Origin: Octopus sinensis
Lineage: Eukaryota
DNA: 26,400 nt
Reading direction: 5' to 3'
Assembly: GCF_006345805.1 (NCBI RefSeq)
Contig: NW_021836733.1
Location: forward strand, 1 to 26,400
Positions 20,556-26,400 of this stretch are shown piece after piece. Under the pieces are notes generated by a model that saw nothing but the letters and a program-made list of their open reading frames with translations, did no database searches and was not told the DNA's origin. The number at the start of each line of letters is the position of its first letter. The first letter of the stretch is position 1. The translations under genes were made by a program, and so were the position numbers.

Positions 20556-21445
20556 TACCTCCCATATTCTGGCAGGGTAGGGGATACACGGTTACCCGTT
20601 TCTGGTTCCACATGGAGATAGCCCAGACATACGAAGGAGAAATCGATCCTCGGATTCGAAAGATGAGACGATGACGACGACGACGATGGCGACGTTTTCA
20701 AATGTATGTATGTATGTATGTATGTATGTATGCTTAATCGACTGTAAAGTTATATAAATGGCTCAAGGAGCGAAAATTTCATGCATGGAACTTATCAAAC
20801 TAACTTCAAAATCGTGAATTCACTCTTTATATATGGATGAATTACAATTTCTTCTGAAATCTTCGATAGATAAATTATATGAGAGTCACGTGATAATAAA
20901 TTTCAAAATCCGTTCGTTAAGTAAAGGGCCAAAGAGGAAAATCGAGCAAAACAAAAAAAAAAAGAAAAGAAATTGGGAAATCAAACAGTATAAACGTGCT
21001 TATAAGGAAATACGCAAATGTACGTGCTAATAAAATACAAAATACGCATAAACAAGCATAAATATGTGGTGCTATACACTTGTACAAACATTCATGAACG
21101 TATACTGCAGACTTGCAAATTTAACACACACACACACACACACACACAACACACACACACACACACACACGCATACGCATACATATTTCTCTACAAATAT
21201 ATTCCTTTATGCGCAAGTTTGGACATATATATTATATGAAGATATAATTTAAAGAGAGCGTATACATATGTATTAGGAAGCGAAAAGCAAGCAGTAGGAT
21301 CTAAGGCATTCGTTAACTAAACTGAAATGTAAAAAAAAGGGACGTAAGCGAACAACATCACAAAGTATCTCTTTAACTGATTTGAGTTTGTCTTAACGCA
21401 TTGGAGGTATATTTTTTTCATTTGCATATACGTGTATATGTTAGC

Positions 21446-21830
21446 GTGGAGGCGTAGTGGCCCAGTGGTTAGCACAGCGAACTCGCGGTCATATGATCGC
21501 GGTTTCGATTCCTAGACCGGGCGTTGTGAATGTTTATTGAGCGAAAACACCTAAAGCTCCACAGGGCTCCCGCAGATGGTGATGGTGGCGAACCCTGCAG
21601 AATTCTTTCACCACAACTTTCTCTCACTCTTTCTTCCTGTTTCTGTTGTACCTGTATTTCAAAGGGCCAGCCTTGTCACACTCTGTGTCACGCTGAATCT
21701 CCCCGAGAACTACGTTAAGGGTACATGTGTCTGTGGACTGCTCAGCCACTTGCACATTAATGTTACGAGCAGGCTGTTCCGTTGATCCGATCAACTGGGA
21801 CCCTCGTCGTCGTAACCGACGGAGTGCTAC
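21446..21830 (+). mobile_element. tRNA(Arg)-like SINE family D, full-length
   Basis: A box tggcccagtgg, anticodon-like actcgc, B box gtttcgattcc, body tttattgagcgaaaacacctaaagctccac. Confidence 0.88.
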
Positions 21831-21989
21831 GATATGTCAGATTATACATACTCGCTCACACGATACATATATAAAGAAACATACACTCGTGTACAAATGT
21901 TCTACATATTTACAATCACGTATATACAAATGATAAACATGCACTTAGGCACATAAAAACACATACATACACACACACATACATATACA

Positions 21990-22150
21990 CATCCATCCAT
22001 CCATCCATCCATCCATCCATCCATCCATCCATCCATCCATCCATCCATCCATCCATCCATCCATCCATCCATCCATCCATCCATCCATCCATCCATCCAT
22101 CCATCCATCCATCCATCCATCCATCCATCCATACATACATACATACATAC
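21990..22150. repeat. (CATC)n then (CATA)n microsatellite
   Basis: Direct reading; source of the MDGW ORFs. Confidence 0.98.
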
Positions 22151-22299
22151 ACGCATATATATAGTCGCACATGAACATATACGCATATACATAAGGCACT
22201 CCTAAGCTATAAACATATCAATATTTATACAGATGTAAAAGGGTATTTGAAGGGTATATGAAGGGTTTATGAGGCATATTACATACTTTGTACAGTATA

Positions 22300-22800
22300 A
22301 AAGGCTTTATGTCAATAGCAACGATTACAACGTGGATAATCATCCCTCTAAACTCTTGACAAATCAATAAAGCTAAGCTAGCTGAAGGCTTATTCATTAA
22401 TCAGGATAAATCGCTGGACTTGCAACTCGGCATCTCGAGAAAGAAGGCCATGCCGGCCTACAGCAGTGTCAGTTTTTGCTGAAAGGATAGCGCTGTTAAA
22501 CATGCTTATGGTCTGGTTCGGTTCCAACTTTCAGGGAAATAGGTGTTATGAGCAGGGTGGCCAGTCTCTCCTAAACATCGACTGAGTGGAAGCTAACATT
22601 GGAAGGTCAAAGGTGGTTAATGCCTACATCGGGTCTATTATTTCGCTTCTTGCGGAAAGGTAGGCTTCCTCTAGTCAGAAGAGTCATCTGCTATTAACAT
22701 TTCCCGAACAGAGGGTAATTCTCGTATGCCGTGACAAATGACAAATAGACATACGCTGAAGCTCTGGCACATTCAAAGATTCCTAGCTAGTAGTCAGATA
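22300..22800 (+). mobile_element. Decayed L1/Tx1-like RT C-terminal fragment
   Basis: GLFINQDKSLDLQLG, VWFGSNFQ, SRVASL, KLTLEGQ, VVNAYIGSII parallel Tx1 motifs G.KIN..KS, LGVWFG, LSL.GR..V.N. Confidence 0.6.
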
Positions 22801-23064
22801 TGGTCTTGCTCTCTCGTAACTTATTTTTGGGTCAAGTTATGAAAATGATTGTCCTCTCGGATTTGAAATGCTGTGAGGTGCTTACAATCCTGTACTATTC
22901 TAGCAATACAGTCATTGAAGCAGACAACACTAACATTCTATATTGTATAAAGTTAAAAGTTAGGGTTATCAAGATTATTAAGAAGAATATTGTAACCAAA
23001 AGGATAAAATTTTTGAATACTTTTGAGTATATACCAAAATTTACCACGTTACACCGGGCATCAC

Positions 23065-23299
23065 ACTCTCAGGTCCTGGGATTCAAAAGGCCACATATCC
23101 GGTTTCCATATCGTATAAGTGATCGAGGTCACAACATTCTCTCGGTCGCAAGATTAATCATTTATAACTGAGTGGACTGGAGCATCATGAAATGAAAAGT
23201 TTTGCTGAAGAACATAACACGCTGTGCGGTCCAGGAATCGAAACAACGATATTGCGTTTGAAAGTGCATTACCTTAACCACCAGACCGCGAGTGTCCAC
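23065..23299 (-). mobile_element. Old SINE with a family C-type head
   Basis: ctgagtggactggagcatcatgaaatgaaaagttttgctgaagaacataacacgc...ggtccaggaatcgaaac matches 1484-1560. Confidence 0.75.
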
Positions 23300-23404
23300 T
23301 TTTGTTGATATAGAATCTGATTATCGTTTCACTCCACACCAGTAAGAAGTTGGTATTTCCAACAGGACTTTCTTCTACAGACGTGGAACGTTATAGCTTA
23401 TTGG

Positions 23405-23648
23405 TTATAGGTTCCCCACCTGGACGGGCCGCCGGTCTGTCGCAGGTGAGCTGCAAGATGCAGGAGGAAAGAGTGAGAGAAAGTTGTGACGAAAGAGTCA
23501 GCAGAAGTTTCGCCATTACCTTCTGCAGGAGCCGCGTGGAGCTTAGGTGTTTCGCTCATAAACACACACATCGCCCGGTCTGAGATTCGAACCCGATATC
23601 CCTCGACTGCGAGTCCGCTGCTCTAACCACTAGGTCATGTGCCTTCAC
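23405..23648 (-). mobile_element. SINE with a family D head and an alternative tail
   Basis: Minus strand gtgaaggcacatgacctagtggttagagcagcggactcgc...ggttcgaatctc; matches 21446 up to caactttctctcactcttt, then diverges. Confidence 0.88.
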
Positions 23649-23811
23649 TTGACAGGCATAGTAGCCAAATCCTCTCCCAAAGTACACCTCACTATATTCT
23701 TAAAAAAAAAAATGAGAGAAGCCCATTGAACAATGTGTATAAAAGGATGTGATGAAAGGCTCTTTGGTTACAGGGTTAATAGAACGAGCTGATGGGGTGC
23801 TAAACAACATG

Positions 23812-23812
23812 G

Positions 23813-23885
<73 letters not shown>

Positions 23886-24163
23886 ATGCCTATCGTTTAT
23901 GTTTCTCTACAACTTTGTATACATGTACAAATGTATATGTACACACATCAATATTAATGTTTATATTTTTATATTTTTCCAGTTTCTGTAATTTATAAAC
24001 TTCTGTCTGCAGGACATGTATCGTATCATTGTCGTCGTCGTCGTCGTCGTTGGCGTCGGCATCATCATCGTCATTATAATCATCATCATCATCATTACCA
24101 CTAACATCATTATCAGCAGCGCCAACTTCATCACCGCCGCCGAAATCGTCTTAATAGTAGTAG

Positions 24164-24233
<70 letters not shown>

Positions 24234-24660
24234 TATTACTACTATAGCAATAACGACTCTAAGAGCGACAACAATAATAATAAATTCATTAGACGTTGCC
24301 AATCAGATCTTGCAGAACAAGACTTGAGCAGCCTTCATTAAGTTCTTATTCTACACAACCAAACAAACCATTATGTTTGCCACTAATTACCAAAATTGAC
24401 TGATTGCTAATTAGCAGATAGACACACACACACATTATATCACAGACCCACATCACCACACACACACATATACACACAGAGACACACACAGACAAGATAC
24501 AGACACACACACACACATACAAAACATTGAGGCTGGAAGTGGAAACAGACTCTGGATAAATCTCTTATATCTTGTCTGCCACATGTTAGAGAACAATGAG
24601 CTAAGAGTTCATTTGTGTTTAGGTTCAAACCGTCTGCAGCCAATCTTAATACAATGTAAT

Positions 24661-24720
<60 letters not shown>

Positions 24721-25023
24721 TGTATGTATGTGGTGTATATATATATATGTATAAGTGTATATGCAAACTATAAATATAGATGTATATATAAGAATATAAT
24801 ATTTATGTTTATATATATATATATGTATATATAATAAAATATATATATTTATAAATATATACATATATATACACATACATATACATACATATATTCATAA
24901 ATACACACACACACACACATATATATATATGCATATATATGTATATGTATATATGTGTGTGTGTATATCCACTCACACACACATATCTATATATATATAT
25001 ATACATATACATACATGCATACG

Positions 25024-25056
<33 letters not shown>

Positions 25057-25125
25057 TATATATGTATATATATATGTATATATATATACATATATATATA
25101 TATATACATATATATATACACACGA
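23812..25125. repeat. Microsatellite cluster: (CTA)n, (GTC)/(ATC)n, (AAT)n, (CA)n, (TA)n
   Basis: Direct reading. Confidence 0.95.
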
Positions 25126-25637
25126 AATGTTGCTTTTTTCATTATTAACCAATGATTGTATTCTATTGTATTGAGTCCAGACAGAGATTAGATAATAAAT
25201 ATTTGTTTTTCCATTGGTAAAGATTATATATTTTGTTTTTTGGGCGATAATCAGTAAAAGAAGCCTTGCTTTCAATTATAAAATACAACAGAAACTAAGA
25301 TAAAGCTTGTTTGACAATAATTTGGTAAAAAAGGAAATGAGATTGTTGCTGTTCTTTGCAGCGGGTATATGGGTGCATGGAAATTTATGGTATTTTGTCT
25401 TCTGACAGAATCACACCTGTATTGTACACGTTTCTCAAATTTGTTAGTCGTTCGATCTGCTAGAAATAGCAGTGGAATATTTTTATCTCAAGTCACAGCG
25501 AGTAATCTTAAATATGGAAAGTGCATAGATTAGAGGAGGCACTACATGGCCCTGAAAGATGGGGGTGCTTTTGATCACACGTCTGCTCGATCTCAGTTGG
25601 CCCATTGCTAAACAATAAGAAATTACAATAAATTTGA

Positions 25638-25842
25638 CCTCCTCACCTCGTCCTCCTCCTCGTCCTTCTCGTCCTCCTCCTCGTCCTTCTCGTCCACCTC
25701 CTCGTCCTCCTCCTCCTACACCACCAACACCACCACCACCTTTTCTTCCACCTGCTCATCGTTATCGTCAACCACATCGTTATCACCAGTACAATCATTG
25801 CTATCGATGACAAGGAAAGTGAAACTATGATGATGATGATCC

Positions 25843-25878
<36 letters not shown>

Positions 25879-25885
25879 CGATGAC

Positions 25886-25931
<46 letters not shown>

Positions 25932-25990
25932 ATCATCATCATCATCATCAGCGTCATCAGCGTCATCATCAATATCACCACCACTGTTAC
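25638..25990. repeat. Compound trinucleotide tract (CCT/CAC/GAT/CAT)
   Basis: Direct reading. Confidence 0.95.
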
Positions 25991-26322
25991 TGTTATTGTG
26001 GCAATCATTCTCACAGTACCCACCATTTCCACTTCAAATCCTTCACTGTCCCTCCAGACAGTGATAAAGTTTCTGCACGGTTACTTGACCTGATAGAAAA
26101 TGGCGGTCAGTATTACTCAATTCTCCCATCCAAGATATACAAAAATGGTAAGTTTTTAATTAATTAAAATGTTATTTAATTGGAGCAGAAAAGATAAAAC
26201 AAAAAGAAAACGACCAGCAACAATTACAAAGATAATTACAAAAAAAAAAAATCAATAATTAATCACTGAAAGTCAATTTGAATGCATAAGAAAGGTCTGA
26301 TTCCTGTTTGCTGACGAGGAAT

Positions 26323-26400
26323 AATATTCTTTTCTACTATAAACACAAGGCCCTAGAATTTTCCAGGGGTTGGGGATGGGCAACTCAATTACATCGATCT
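26323..26400 (-). mobile_element. SINE family A 3' end, cut by the window edge
   Basis: aatattcttttctact...cacaaggcc...attacatcga, as at 14775-14830. Confidence 0.7.

Noticed and set aside
20556-20695. Possible retroelement 3' end with a (GAC/GAT) tail
   Set aside because: Single copy in the window and no coding motif recognised, so it cannot be classified
20096-20701. 201-aa ORF
   Set aside because: Antisense read-through of SINE B and simple repeats
21446-21525. Possible tRNA-Arg gene (similar heads near 1540-1615 and 23575-23648)
   Set aside because: A and B boxes are present but there is no clean cloverleaf, and each continues into a SINE body
22800-23171. 123-aa ORF
   Set aside because: No recognisable domain, AT-rich, and ends within a SINE

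Overview
AT-rich, microsatellite-laden animal DNA made almost entirely of repeats. No host protein-coding gene, rRNA or true tRNA can be supported; the listed ORFs are simple-repeat or transposon artefacts. The tRNA-derived SINE families resemble those I recall from Octopus (inference, no search run). Recognisable by manual translation: a 5'-truncated Penelope-like element (RT then GIY-YIG, Neptune-type) at 5107-7225, fossil non-LTR retrotransposons of four other groups (CR1/L2/Jockey-like, R4/Dong, RTE twice, L1/Tx1), two mariner-derived pieces, and about 20 SINE copies or fragments. Most notable: (i) minimal type I hammerhead ribozyme motifs, one intact at 12043-12079 in a ~200-bp non-coding element within (TA)n, and one with a compensatory U3-A8 core at 5152-5197 in the Penelope 3' end, plus decayed relatives; (ii) a 2.5-kb near-perfect palindrome (2236-4771) centred on (TA)n and followed by a local direct duplication, which may be a real template-switch rearrangement or a long-read/assembly artefact. 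Coordinates of decayed elements are approximate.
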